Below are positions 20,900 to 29,666 of a DNA stretch of 64,000 nt, in pieces. The position numbers and the translations under genes are program-made. The DNA is from Planctomycetota bacterium. Lineage in GTDB: Bacteria; Planctomycetota; UBA1135; UBA2386. The stretch lies in assembly GCA_965228735.1 (NCBI GenBank), contig OZ245838.1, forward strand, positions 3,776,001 through 3,840,000. The letters are read 5' to 3'. Numbering within the stretch: the stretch's first letter is position 1; each line of letters opens with the position of its first letter. The notes under the pieces are model-generated. The model was not told the DNA's origin, did no database searches, and saw only the letters and a program-made list of their open reading frames with translations.

Positions 20900-21460
20900 T
20901 CAAACGCCACGATGAACGGCCACCGCTGCTGACACTCCTGCCTCTTCGACGGCCTGCGCGATGCGCTGTTCGACCGCCGTCGCGCCATCGGCGACGTTCA
21001 TGAGCACGTGGAACGGGATCGCGCTCCGGTTGAAGCGACCGTTGTCCTCGATCGGCTTCGACCAGGACTCGGCAACTTCTTTCAGCGTCCTCATCAACGC
21101 GCTCATTGCTTCGAGTCCTTCGTCTGCCAGCACGTCGTCAGCGCGCTCGACGACGACGACGTAGGCCTCTGCCGGCAACCACTCGTCGAGGCACTCGAGG
21201 CAGTCCTGCAACGCCCACCAGTTCTCGCCGAAGCCATCGAAGAACTGGAACGAAGCCGCAAACTCGTCCATCAGCGCCTGGGTCGTCCGCATCTTGTTCC
21301 CGCGCAAACGCCGAACACAGACGTCCAGCCCGGGCCTGGAGTAGAAGAACGACGGGATCCACCGACGCCGCGCGGCCTCCGCGGGGCCGATGTGGATCCA
21401 CGGAGCCTCGACTCGGAACAGGAAGTCGAGAGCCGTTCGTTTCGCTGGATGCGAGTCCAT
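20900..21460 (-). CDS. Barstar-family protein
   Basis: LRGNKMRT..ALMDEFAASFQF..GFGENWWALQDCL pattern (barstar FG-x-N-W-x-AL-x-DCL). Confidence 0.8.
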   Translation of the reverse strand: MDSHPAKRTALDFLFRVEAPWIHIGPAEAARRRWIPSFFYSRPGLDVCVRRLRGNKMRTTQALMDEFAASFQFFDGFGENWWALQDCLECLDEWLPAEAYVVVVERADDVLADEGLEAMSALMRTLKEVAESWSKPIEDNGRFNRSAIPFHVLMNVADGATAVEQRIAQAVEEAGVSAAVAVHRGV

Positions 21461-21481
21461 CGAACCCACTGGCTTGACCGA

Positions 21482-22168
21482 CTACGAACCCGCCGCCATC
21501 ACCGTCGGGTGCAGCTGCGACAGATCCACGACAGGCCGCACGGCCTTGCTCAACCGCTTGAGATACTCCGCCCGCGAGATCTCCCGCGCGCCCAGCCGCC
21601 CGAGATGCTCGGTGACGAACTGCACATCGATGAGCTCGATCCCCGCCTGCGTCAGCGATCGCACGAGCGCGACCAGCGCGACCTTGGACATGTCCGTGCG
21701 GCGGTGGAACTTCGACTCCGCGGCGAACAGACCGCCGACCTGCACGCCGTAGATGCCGCCGATGAGTTCTTCACCATCCCACACCTCGAGGCTGTGGGCG
21801 TGGCCGGCGCGGTGCAGGCGCAGGTAGGCCTTCACCATCTCCGGGATGATCCACGTGCCCTCCGATCGGCCGCGGCCGCAGGCTCTCATCACGCGTTCGA
21901 AGCTGGTGTTCCAGCGCAGTTCGAAGCGGCCCTGGTTGAGCGTCTTCTGCAGGCTGCGGCTCACGTGCAGATCGCCTGACTGCAGGATCGCGCGCGGGTC
22001 GGGGCTCCACCACATCGGGGGGTAGCCGAGGTCGTACCACGGGAAGATGCCGCGGCGGTAGGCGGCCAGCAGGCGCTTGGTCGACAGGTCGCCGCCGATC
22101 GCGACGAGGCCCTGGTCGTCGAAGTCGCGCGGGTCCGGGAACCGCGCCGGGGACGACGCGGTCAGCAT
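21482..22168 (-). CDS. aat: Leucyl/phenylalanyl-tRNA--protein transferase
   Basis: GLVAIGGDL, AYRRGIFPW, WWSPDPR, GHAHSLEVW, FAAESKF and SKVAL motifs. Confidence 0.96.
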   Translation of the reverse strand: MLTASSPARFPDPRDFDDQGLVAIGGDLSTKRLLAAYRRGIFPWYDLGYPPMWWSPDPRAILQSGDLHVSRSLQKTLNQGRFELRWNTSFERVMRACGRGRSEGTWIIPEMVKAYLRLHRAGHAHSLEVWDGEELIGGIYGVQVGGLFAAESKFHRRTDMSKVALVALVRSLTQAGIELIDVQFVTEHLGRLGAREISRAEYLKRLSKAVRPVVDLSQLHPTVMAAGS

Positions 22169-22199
22169 GATCGGGGACTTCGGGGCGCCGCCGCGCACG

Positions 22200-23237
22200 T
22201 CACTTGTCCTTGAGCCGGCGCAGCGTCGTGCGCTGGTCCTCGCGGTCGGCGAGTTCGAGCACCTCGATGTCGCCGTCTTGCAACGGACGGAAGTAGACGC
22301 GCAGGCCGAGCGACGCGCGCAGGCTCCACGTGTCCTGGCCGCCGAGCTGCTTGACCTCGAGGCCCGGATACGAATGACCCTGGGTGCAAAACAGCAGGAT
22401 CGCCTGCACGGCCTGCTCGACGGCGCGGCGTTCCTTGCCCACGAGCGACTTGTAGAACGACGGCTGAAAGCGCGGGACGATCACGCGCGCGGGCGCCTCG
22501 GGCTCGGCCGGCGGCAGCGGCTTCTTCTTGCGGCGGCGGCTCTTCGGGATCAGCGTCTCGAGTTCTTGCACCTCGGCCTCGGCCGCGCGCAGCCGCGACT
22601 GCATGTGCGCGAGCCGGCGGCGCGACGCCTCGTCGGCGGTCACGAAGGCCTCGCGCTCGTCCTCGAGTTCGTGAACGCGCCGCTGCAGCGCGCGCATGGC
22701 CGCCGCATCGGCCGCCGCTGGCTTCGCGCCCGGGTTGTCCGCCTGGCTGCGCTCGAGCGCCTCGCGGTCGCGGCGTTCGGCCACGAGCTCGAGCTCGAGC
22801 CGTTCGTGCTGGCGCATCAACGCGGACTCCCGTTCGCCCGCCCGTCGCGCCGCGTCGCGCGCGCGCTCGAGCTCGTCCCGCACGCGCTGCAGCTCGCCCT
22901 CGCGCAACCGCAGGAGCTCCGCTGCCTCGGCGCGCGCGGCTGCGGCCTTCTTCGCGTCGACGTCCTCCGCGTTCGCTTCCGCCGGCGGCGGCGCGAGCAG
23001 GCCCACCACCTCGTCGAGCTGCTGCGAGTCCTTGAGCTCCGCGAGCTGGCGCGCGAGCACGCGGGCCGGCGCGCGGTCGACGCGGAAGCCCTTGGGCGAC
23101 AGGTCGAACTTCTTGCCGAGGCGGCGCAGCTCGCTCACGGGCACGAGGTGTTCGAGCAGCAGCGCGAGCGGCAGGTCCGTGCCCTTGCCGAGAACGTGCT
23201 CGACGAGCTTCTTCAGCACGAGCCTGGGCTGGCTCAT
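22200..23237 (-). CDS. Coiled-coil protein with C-terminal RelE/ParE-like domain
   Basis: Start MSQPRLVLKK, a central heptad-rich region, then F.PSFYKSL...YPGLEVKQLGGQDTWSLRASLGLRVYF. Confidence 0.7.
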   Translation of the reverse strand: MSQPRLVLKKLVEHVLGKGTDLPLALLLEHLVPVSELRRLGKKFDLSPKGFRVDRAPARVLARQLAELKDSQQLDEVVGLLAPPPAEANAEDVDAKKAAAARAEAAELLRLREGELQRVRDELERARDAARRAGERESALMRQHERLELELVAERRDREALERSQADNPGAKPAAADAAAMRALQRRVHELEDEREAFVTADEASRRRLAHMQSRLRAAEAEVQELETLIPKSRRRKKKPLPPAEPEAPARVIVPRFQPSFYKSLVGKERRAVEQAVQAILLFCTQGHSYPGLEVKQLGGQDTWSLRASLGLRVYFRPLQDGDIEVLELADREDQRTTLRRLKDK

Positions 23238-23335
23238 CGCGGAGCCCCCCCGCGGCCCGAGGTCTCGGGCCCGACGACCGAGAGCTCCGCCGACCAACGC
23301 ACGGGGGCAGCCTAACCGGTCTGCGGTGCCGGCCG

Positions 23336-23842
23336 CTACTTCGGCGGCGACTCGGGCGTTGCGGCGCCCGGCGCGCGCGGCGCCGGGTAGATCACCTCGA
23401 CGGGATACTCGCTGTAGCCGCGCTCGTCCCACTGCCGTTCGATCGTCTCGCGCTGCTCCGCGGTGATCGCGGGCTCGTTCCAGGAGCGCCAGACCACCCA
23501 CTCGAGCAGGTCGAACGGCGAGCCGACGAGCGTGCCGACCTGCCACAGCACGAACGACGGGAACAAGAACGTCGACAGCTGGTCGCGCGACTCCTTCTCC
23601 TGCGTGCGGTAGACGGTCCAGGTCACGGGCAACGCCGCGACGTCGATCGGAATGCCGACGACGAAGCCGAGCGTGCCGCCGATCGCCGCGGGCGCGCGCG
23701 TGAACCACGTGCGGCCCGACTCGGGCTGGACGAGTTCATTGGTGTAGCGCACGAGGGGCGTGCAGCCGGTGCTCGCGGACGCGAACAGCAGCCCGGCGAC
23801 CGTGATACCGACCCGTCCTGCGCTCATTCGGCGCGCGCTCAT
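23336..23842 (-). CDS. Putative lipoprotein/membrane protein
   Basis: Lipobox-like ASTGC followed by hydrophobic segments. Confidence 0.7.
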   Translation of the reverse strand: MSARRMSAGRVGITVAGLLFASASTGCTPLVRYTNELVQPESGRTWFTRAPAAIGGTLGFVVGIPIDVAALPVTWTVYRTQEKESRDQLSTFLFPSFVLWQVGTLVGSPFDLLEWVVWRSWNEPAITAEQRETIERQWDERGYSEYPVEVIYPAPRAPGAATPESPPK

Positions 23843-23861
23843 CGCCGTGCGCCCATCGGGG

Positions 23862-24485
23862 TCAGTTCTTCTTCGGCTCGCGGCGCGCGAACTCCATGGC
23901 CTCGATCGTCCAACGATCCTCGATCTCGGGCGGCGGCGTGCGGAACTGCGCGAACATGCGCTTGTCGCCACCGGTGATGTTGGACAGCTTGAGCGTGCGC
24001 AGACGCCAGACCGACTGCACGGCCTGCCCGCTGCCGGTCGCGCCGGACTCGACGTTCCACAGGATCGACTGGATCAGATCGAGCTGCAGCGGCAGCTCCT
24101 TGTTGCGCCACGCGACCGTCATGACGTGATCGACGACCCGCTGCTTGCTGCCCGGAATCCGCGCCGGCACCTCCTTGGGGCCGAGCAGCGAGTAGTCGTT
24201 GGACGCGAGCCCGCCGTTGGCGGCGGCCGCGAGGATCTGCGCGTTGAAGAACGTGCGCGGCTGCCGCGTCAGCCCGACGCTGCTGCCGTTGACGACCTCG
24301 ATCTGCTTCTGCAGCGCGCCGATCTTCTCGAGCACGCCGTCCCGCCGCGTCGCCGCGGCCTTCGCGCGCTCGCATTCCTTGATCTCCTCGTTGGTCTGGT
24401 AGGCCCACCAGCCGCAGACCGGCAGGAGCACGACGCAGATGAGGATGAGGACGGTGTAGAGGTCCAGTTGGCCGAGAATCTTCAT
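23862..24485 (-). CDS. Bitopic membrane protein, PilO/GspM-like by position
   Basis: N-terminal TM helix plus coiled coil, directly after the pilM-like gene. Confidence 0.65.
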   Translation of the reverse strand: MKILGQLDLYTVLILICVVLLPVCGWWAYQTNEEIKECERAKAAATRRDGVLEKIGALQKQIEVVNGSSVGLTRQPRTFFNAQILAAAANGGLASNDYSLLGPKEVPARIPGSKQRVVDHVMTVAWRNKELPLQLDLIQSILWNVESGATGSGQAVQSVWRLRTLKLSNITGGDKRMFAQFRTPPPEIEDRWTIEAMEFARREPKKN

Positions 24486-24489
24486 CGCA

Positions 24490-26490
24490 TCACCTCCGCG
24501 CGCTCGCGCCTTCGCCGAACGGGTCGAACGATTCCTTGATCTCCAGCGTCACGCGGAAATACGCGCCGACGACGTTGGTCTCGTCGGTGTCCTTGAACAG
24601 CTCTTCACGGAACCAGTCGGTGCGCTTGTTCTCCGGCTCGGTGAACGGTGAATCCGGCCGCTTCTGCTCGGCCTCGAGCTCGGCCTTGAGCAGGTCGCCG
24701 CGCTCACGGAAGCCGGGGCCACGCAGCGCGAGGTCGAACACGAGCGAGCGCTTGCCCGAACCCATCGACAGGTCGATGCGCGTCACGAGCGGTCGCTTGA
24801 GCCGCTCTTCGAGTCGTCCAAGGATCTCCGAGAAGCGCACGAGCACCGCGTAGCCCGACTCGAGCGAGACGTCCTCGTAGATGCCCGACTTCTTCTGCTT
24901 CTCCTCGGCGACGGCCTTGAGCCGCGCGTAGAGCAACTGCAGGCGGTCGTGGACCGGCGTCGCGAGCAGCTCCTCGCGCAGGTCCTTCCACTTGTAGAGT
25001 TTGCCCTTCGACCGCTCGTAGGCGAAGTTGCGCGCGTCCTCCCACCACCGGCCGGCGAGCACGTAGCTGACCATGCCGAAGAACGCGGTGTCGCCGCGCT
25101 CGCCGTGGTAGGTCTTGCCGATCTCGAGGTGCAGGTTGTTGAGCTTGGCCGCCTGGTGGTTGCCGTAGACGAACACCGCGAGCAGCCCGATCATCAACGT
25201 GATCGTCAGCGGGAACTTGATGCGCTCGAAGCCGCGCGTGAACGCCAGGTCCTCGCGCCGCAGGTCGAGACCGGCTGGACCGCCGAACGGCGCGAGCGCG
25301 AGCCCGATCGCCGTCGTCAGCCGCGGGCCGAGGGCATGGGCCTCGTCGTCGTCGAGGTCGTGCTGCACGTGCTGCAGCATGTCGAGCTCGCGCGGCGTGC
25401 GGCCGAACACCTCGGCGACGACGTCCGTGACGCCGGCGAAGCGGCAGCCGCCGCCGGTCAGCCAGACGGCGCGGAAATTGTCGCGCCCGGTCGCCGCGAG
25501 GTAGCGGAACAGCTCGCGCGCGAAGCGCTGCAAGAACGCCGCGCGCGCGGCCTCGACCTCGGCGGCCGTCACCGTGACGGTGCGGGCCGGGCCCAATCCC
25601 GGGTCTTCGGCCGTCGGCTCGTCGCTCGCCGACTCGAGATCGACGTCGTCCGTCGTCGCCGGCAGTTCGTTGCCGACCTCGACCGTGTAGTCGCTGCCGG
25701 TCTCCGCGATCGTCGCGGCGGCCTCGTCCGCGAGGTCGTGCGGCAGGCCGTGGCGCTTGGCGATGTCCTCGCTGACCGCAGCGACGCCGAGGCGCAGCAC
25801 GCGCATGTCGACGAGGTCGCCGTCGTCGACCAGCAGCACCTTGACGCTACGTGAGCCGACCTCGACGACGGCGGTGAGCGTCGACAGCGCGCCGCCGCTG
25901 CCGGCCCCGGCAGCCCCGGCGGCCGCGGCCGCTGCATCGTCGTCGTCGTCGTCCTCGATGACGACATCGTCGTCGTCATGCAGTTCGCCGAACGCGCCAG
26001 CACAGTCGGCGGCGCGCCACAGCCCCATCGTGTCGAGGTCGATCGACTCGGGCTCGATCGACGCGGCCTCGAGCGCACCGAGCTGGCCGCGCAGCCCGTC
26101 CTTCGGCACCGCCGCGACGAGCACGCGCGACGCACCGTCGATCCCGCCGTCGGTCTCGATGAAGTCGACGATCATGTCGTCGACCGAGTAGCCGTGGATC
26201 TCGCCCTCGACCTCGGCCTTGATCACCTTGCGGATCGCGTCCTTGCCCTTGAACGGCAGGTCGAGCCGGCGCAACACGGCCTCGCGGCACGGATGACCGA
26301 GCCGGAGCTCGCCCTTCATGCCGTCGTCGATCGCCGTGCGGGCCGCGGCCGCGACCGACACCACGCGGGGCTCGACCGTGCTGTGGGGTTCGGTATAGAC
26401 GCGCACGAGGCGCGGCTTGCGATAGCTGCCGTCGAGCTCGACGACCTTCACGAGCGCATCGCCCGGGTCGACTCCGATTGTCTTTGGCAT
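24490..26490 (-). CDS. pilM: PilM-like actin-fold protein fused to a TM/PilN-like region (GspL-like architecture)
   Basis: TIGVDPG..LVKVVEL, RVLVAAVPK, AVVEVGS and VWLTGGG, then AIGLAL, a TM helix and a periplasmic domain. Confidence 0.8.
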   Translation of the reverse strand: MPKTIGVDPGDALVKVVELDGSYRKPRLVRVYTEPHSTVEPRVVSVAAAARTAIDDGMKGELRLGHPCREAVLRRLDLPFKGKDAIRKVIKAEVEGEIHGYSVDDMIVDFIETDGGIDGASRVLVAAVPKDGLRGQLGALEAASIEPESIDLDTMGLWRAADCAGAFGELHDDDDVVIEDDDDDDAAAAAAGAAGAGSGGALSTLTAVVEVGSRSVKVLLVDDGDLVDMRVLRLGVAAVSEDIAKRHGLPHDLADEAAATIAETGSDYTVEVGNELPATTDDVDLESASDEPTAEDPGLGPARTVTVTAAEVEAARAAFLQRFARELFRYLAATGRDNFRAVWLTGGGCRFAGVTDVVAEVFGRTPRELDMLQHVQHDLDDDEAHALGPRLTTAIGLALAPFGGPAGLDLRREDLAFTRGFERIKFPLTITLMIGLLAVFVYGNHQAAKLNNLHLEIGKTYHGERGDTAFFGMVSYVLAGRWWEDARNFAYERSKGKLYKWKDLREELLATPVHDRLQLLYARLKAVAEEKQKKSGIYEDVSLESGYAVLVRFSEILGRLEERLKRPLVTRIDLSMGSGKRSLVFDLALRGPGFRERGDLLKAELEAEQKRPDSPFTEPENKRTDWFREELFKDTDETNVVGAYFRVTLEIKESFDPFGEGASARR

Positions 26491-26582
26491 CGTCTGTGAT
26501 TGCTCCTGGCGGGACACCGGGGTTCCGCCAAGGGATCCGGAGTCGTTCGGGTACCCGGTTTACGACGGGGCCGAGTCGCCCG

Positions 26583-26960
26583 CTATTTCGGTTTGGTTTC
26601 GAGGTCGTAACGCGCCCGCTGGTCGTCGTCCAGAATGGCGCGAATCCGGGCCTTCTGCCGATCGCGCGCGCGCAGCAACTGGTTCTGGATCGGGCTCGGC
26701 AGCATCGAGAACTCGGCCCGTCGGAAGATCTGATACTCGTCGGCCCGCAGCTGCTGCATCACGAGCCGGAGGCTGCGTTCCTGGCGCGGGTCGAGACCGT
26801 AGTCGGCCACGATCTGGCGCACGAAGTGCTCGTCCTGGTCGACGGGCGTCGGCACGGACGCCGCCATGAGATCCGGCGCGGCGAGACCGACGTTGAAGCC
26901 GGCCATGAAGCAGCCCACAGCCGCTCCGAGGATCCAGAACGTCAGGCCCTTCACCTTCAC
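26583..26960 (-). CDS. Small periplasmic Spy/CpxP-like helical protein
   Basis: N-terminal TM helix, LDPRQ...ILDDDQRARY pattern, third gene of an ECF operon. Confidence 0.65.
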   Translation of the reverse strand: MKVKGLTFWILGAAVGCFMAGFNVGLAAPDLMAASVPTPVDQDEHFVRQIVADYGLDPRQERSLRLVMQQLRADEYQIFRRAEFSMLPSPIQNQLLRARDRQKARIRAILDDDQRARYDLETKPK

Positions 26961-26969
26961 GCGGCCTCG

Positions 26970-27428
26970 CTAGCGTCCCTGCTGGCGCCCCAGCTGGCGC
27001 GCGATCTCGTCGAGGCGCTCCATCTCGCGCTCGACCTCGGCCGGGTCGGCCTCGAGCGTGTCGTTGCGGCCGTCGGGGAACAGCCCGGCGTGCCAGCACA
27101 GGCCGATGCCGAACAGGATCGCCGCGGCGATCAGCACGCGCCGGCAGATCACCAGCGCCCGGCCCGCGACCTCCTGCTGTTCGAGCTCGATGCGGCTCGG
27201 CAGCTGGCGCACTTCGGCGAGCACCGCCGCCGTGAACCCAGCCGAAGGGGTGAAGGCCTGCTCGCGGCCGAACGCGAAGCCGCGCGACCGTTCGTCGTAG
27301 TCGTCGAGGCTCGCGCGCAGCGCCGGCTCGCGGAGCAGTCGCTGCTCGAGCCGCTGCGTCGCGGACTCGTCCAGCTCGCCATCGCGATACTTCTGCAGCA
27401 GCAGCTGATCGTCGTCGTGGATCGTCAT
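26970..27428 (-). CDS. Membrane anti-sigma factor
   Basis: LLQKYRDGELD anti-sigma N-terminus, a TM helix, and position after the ECF sigma. Confidence 0.8.
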   Translation of the reverse strand: MTIHDDDQLLLQKYRDGELDESATQRLEQRLLREPALRASLDDYDERSRGFAFGREQAFTPSAGFTAAVLAEVRQLPSRIELEQQEVAGRALVICRRVLIAAAILFGIGLCWHAGLFPDGRNDTLEADPAEVEREMERLDEIARQLGRQQGR

Positions 27429-27432
27429 TGCA

Positions 27433-28035
27433 CTACCCCCGCGATGGGACGAGGTCGGGGTGATCGCGCTCGAGCGCTTCCTTGAAGCGTTGGCGGGCGC
27501 GGAAGAGGCGGGACTCGACGGTGCCGAGATTGCACTCGAGCACGTCGCTGATCTGGTTGTAGCTCAGTTCTTCGTACTCCCGCAGGATCAGGATCGTGCG
27601 GTACTTCTCCGGCAGCTTGTCGAGGATGCGACGGGTGACCGTCGCGAGCTCCTTCGCCATCGCCGGCTCGGCCGGGTTGCCGTCGCTGCCGTCATTGCGC
27701 TCGTTGATCTCGAGGACGACGTCCTCGACGAGCCGCAGACGCCGTGAGCTCGCGCGCGCCAGGTGGTCGGTCGCGGTGTTGACCGCGATGCGGTAGAGCC
27801 AGGTGAAGAAGGCCGAACCGCCCTGGAACGTGTCGAGCTTGCGGAACACCTTGAGAAACACGTCCTGCGCGAGGTCCTCGCACTCGACCTGGTCCCGGCA
27901 GTAGCGGCTCAGCAGCCGGAAGAGCCGGTCCTTGTAGCGGTCGACGAGCGTGCCGAACGCGGTCTCGCTGCCATCGAGGATGGCAGCGATGAGCTCACTG
28001 TCGGGCGTCTCGGGTCGTAGCTTCAAGGCGAACAC
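27433..28035 (-). CDS. ECF sigma-70 factor (RpoE/SigW-like)
   Basis: EDLAQDVF, FFTWLYRIAVN and LSYNQIS..L....GTVESRLFRAR motifs. Confidence 0.95.
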   Translation of the reverse strand: MFALKLRPETPDSELIAAILDGSETAFGTLVDRYKDRLFRLLSRYCRDQVECEDLAQDVFLKVFRKLDTFQGGSAFFTWLYRIAVNTATDHLARASSRRLRLVEDVVLEINERNDGSDGNPAEPAMAKELATVTRRILDKLPEKYRTILILREYEELSYNQISDVLECNLGTVESRLFRARQRFKEALERDHPDLVPSRG

Positions 28036-28097
28036 GGTCCTTGAGAGGGGCTACCGGGGCGTTTTCTTCCCGGCAGCCTGCGTTTCTCGCGCGGGGA

Positions 28098-29420
28098 TCA
28101 GGAACCCGCACCACCAGCGGGGTTCTGGGACGGCGAGCCGTTCTCCGGAGCGGTCTTCGGAGCCGCCTCCGGAACGGCGTCCGGAGCCCCTGCCGGCCGC
28201 TCCAGCAGATGGCCCATCTTGTCGCGCTTGGTCTCCAAGTATTTGGCGTTGTGCGGGTTGGGCTCGAGCGCGAGGGCGACCTGCTCGACGATCTCGAGGC
28301 CGTAGCCCTGCAGGCCCGAGAGCTTCTTGGGGTTGTTCGTCAGCACCCGCAGGCGCCGGCAGCCGAGGTCGTGCAGGATCTGGGCGCCCGTGCCGAATTC
28401 GCGTTCGTCCGGCCGAAAACCGAGGTGGACGTTGGCCTCGACCGTGTCCATGCCCTGATCCTGCAGCGCGTAGGCCTTGAGCTTGTTCTCGAGCCCGATC
28501 CCGCGACCCTCCTGGCTGATGTAGAGCACGATGCCGCGGCCGGCCTCCTGCACGCGCTTCATCGCCTCCTGCAGCTGCGGACCGCAGTCGCAGCGCAGCG
28601 AACCGAACACGTCGCCCGTGAGGCACTGCGAGTGCACCCGCACGAGCACCGGGTCGTCGAGCGGCGGGAAGCGGCCGTCCTCGCCGACGTCCTCGATGCC
28701 GACGGCGAGCGCCATGTGCGTGCGGCCGTCGGCCTTGCTCACGTAGGTGTGGCAGTCGAAGTAGCCGAACTCGGTCGGCATCCGCGCGACCGTGACGCGC
28801 TCGATGAGGCGTTCGCGCCGGCGGCGATACTCCACGAGATCGGCGATGCACCCCATCTTGACGTCGTGGCGCTTGCAGAACTCTTCGAGTTCGGGCACGC
28901 GCGCCATCTCGCCGTCCTCCTTGGTGATCTCGCAGATCACGCCCGCGGGCCGCAGCCCGGCGAGGCGACAGAGATCGACCATGCCCTCGGTCTGTCCGGT
29001 CCGCACGAGCACGCCGCCGTCACGCGCGCGCAGCGGGAAGATGTGACCGGGACTCACGAGGTCGGACGGCTGGGCGTCCGGGTTGGCCAACGCCTTGATC
29101 GTCGTCGAGCGGTCGCGCGCCGAGATGCCGGTCGTGACGCCCTCGGCGGCCTCGACGCTGACGGTGAACGCGGTGCCGAGGCCGCTGCGATTCTCCGCGA
29201 CCATCATCGGCAACTGCAACTGGTCACAGATCGAACCGTCGAGGGCCACGCAGATCAGGCCGCAGGCTTCGCGCGCCATCATCGCGACGAGCTCGGGGGT
29301 CGTCTTCTCGGCGGCGAAGCACAGGTCGCCTTCGTTCTCGCGGTCGGGATCGTCGACCAGCACGATCGGACGGCCGGCCTGGAGTTCTTCTAGCAGTTCG
29401 GGGATCGGCGAGAACGTCAT
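28098..29420 (-). CDS. ribBA: Bifunctional DHBP synthase / GTP cyclohydrolase II
   Basis: DRENEGD, GISARDR, PGHIFPL, RVHSQCLTGD..GSLRCDCG, QEGRGIGL and LTNNPKK motifs. Confidence 0.97.
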   Translation of the reverse strand: MTFSPIPELLEELQAGRPIVLVDDPDRENEGDLCFAAEKTTPELVAMMAREACGLICVALDGSICDQLQLPMMVAENRSGLGTAFTVSVEAAEGVTTGISARDRSTTIKALANPDAQPSDLVSPGHIFPLRARDGGVLVRTGQTEGMVDLCRLAGLRPAGVICEITKEDGEMARVPELEEFCKRHDVKMGCIADLVEYRRRRERLIERVTVARMPTEFGYFDCHTYVSKADGRTHMALAVGIEDVGEDGRFPPLDDPVLVRVHSQCLTGDVFGSLRCDCGPQLQEAMKRVQEAGRGIVLYISQEGRGIGLENKLKAYALQDQGMDTVEANVHLGFRPDEREFGTGAQILHDLGCRRLRVLTNNPKKLSGLQGYGLEIVEQVALALEPNPHNAKYLETKRDKMGHLLERPAGAPDAVPEAAPKTAPENGSPSQNPAGGAGS

Positions 29421-29666
29421 GTAACTCGTTGGGTTGGATCGATCAGTGTAGTCCGGCGCCGGTGCTTGGACCATGCGCGACACGCGGCCCGGGGGCAGGG
29501 GTCGGGGGAAACCCACAGGTGGCGCTGTCGCGAAAGTCGCCACCGCACCGGCAGGTGCCCAAACGTTCGACGGCGGCCCTGGATTTCCGTCAAGCGGGGG
29601 CTCGCCGCTCGCCGAAACCATTGGAAGCAACGGGGAAGCGGCAACCGAGGGAAGAAGGGACAGGGA

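Noticed and set aside
29421..29666. FMN riboswitch upstream of ribBA
   Set aside because: The conserved RFN sequence blocks were not found on the minus strand. Only a short GGTGGCG/CGCCACC hairpin is present.
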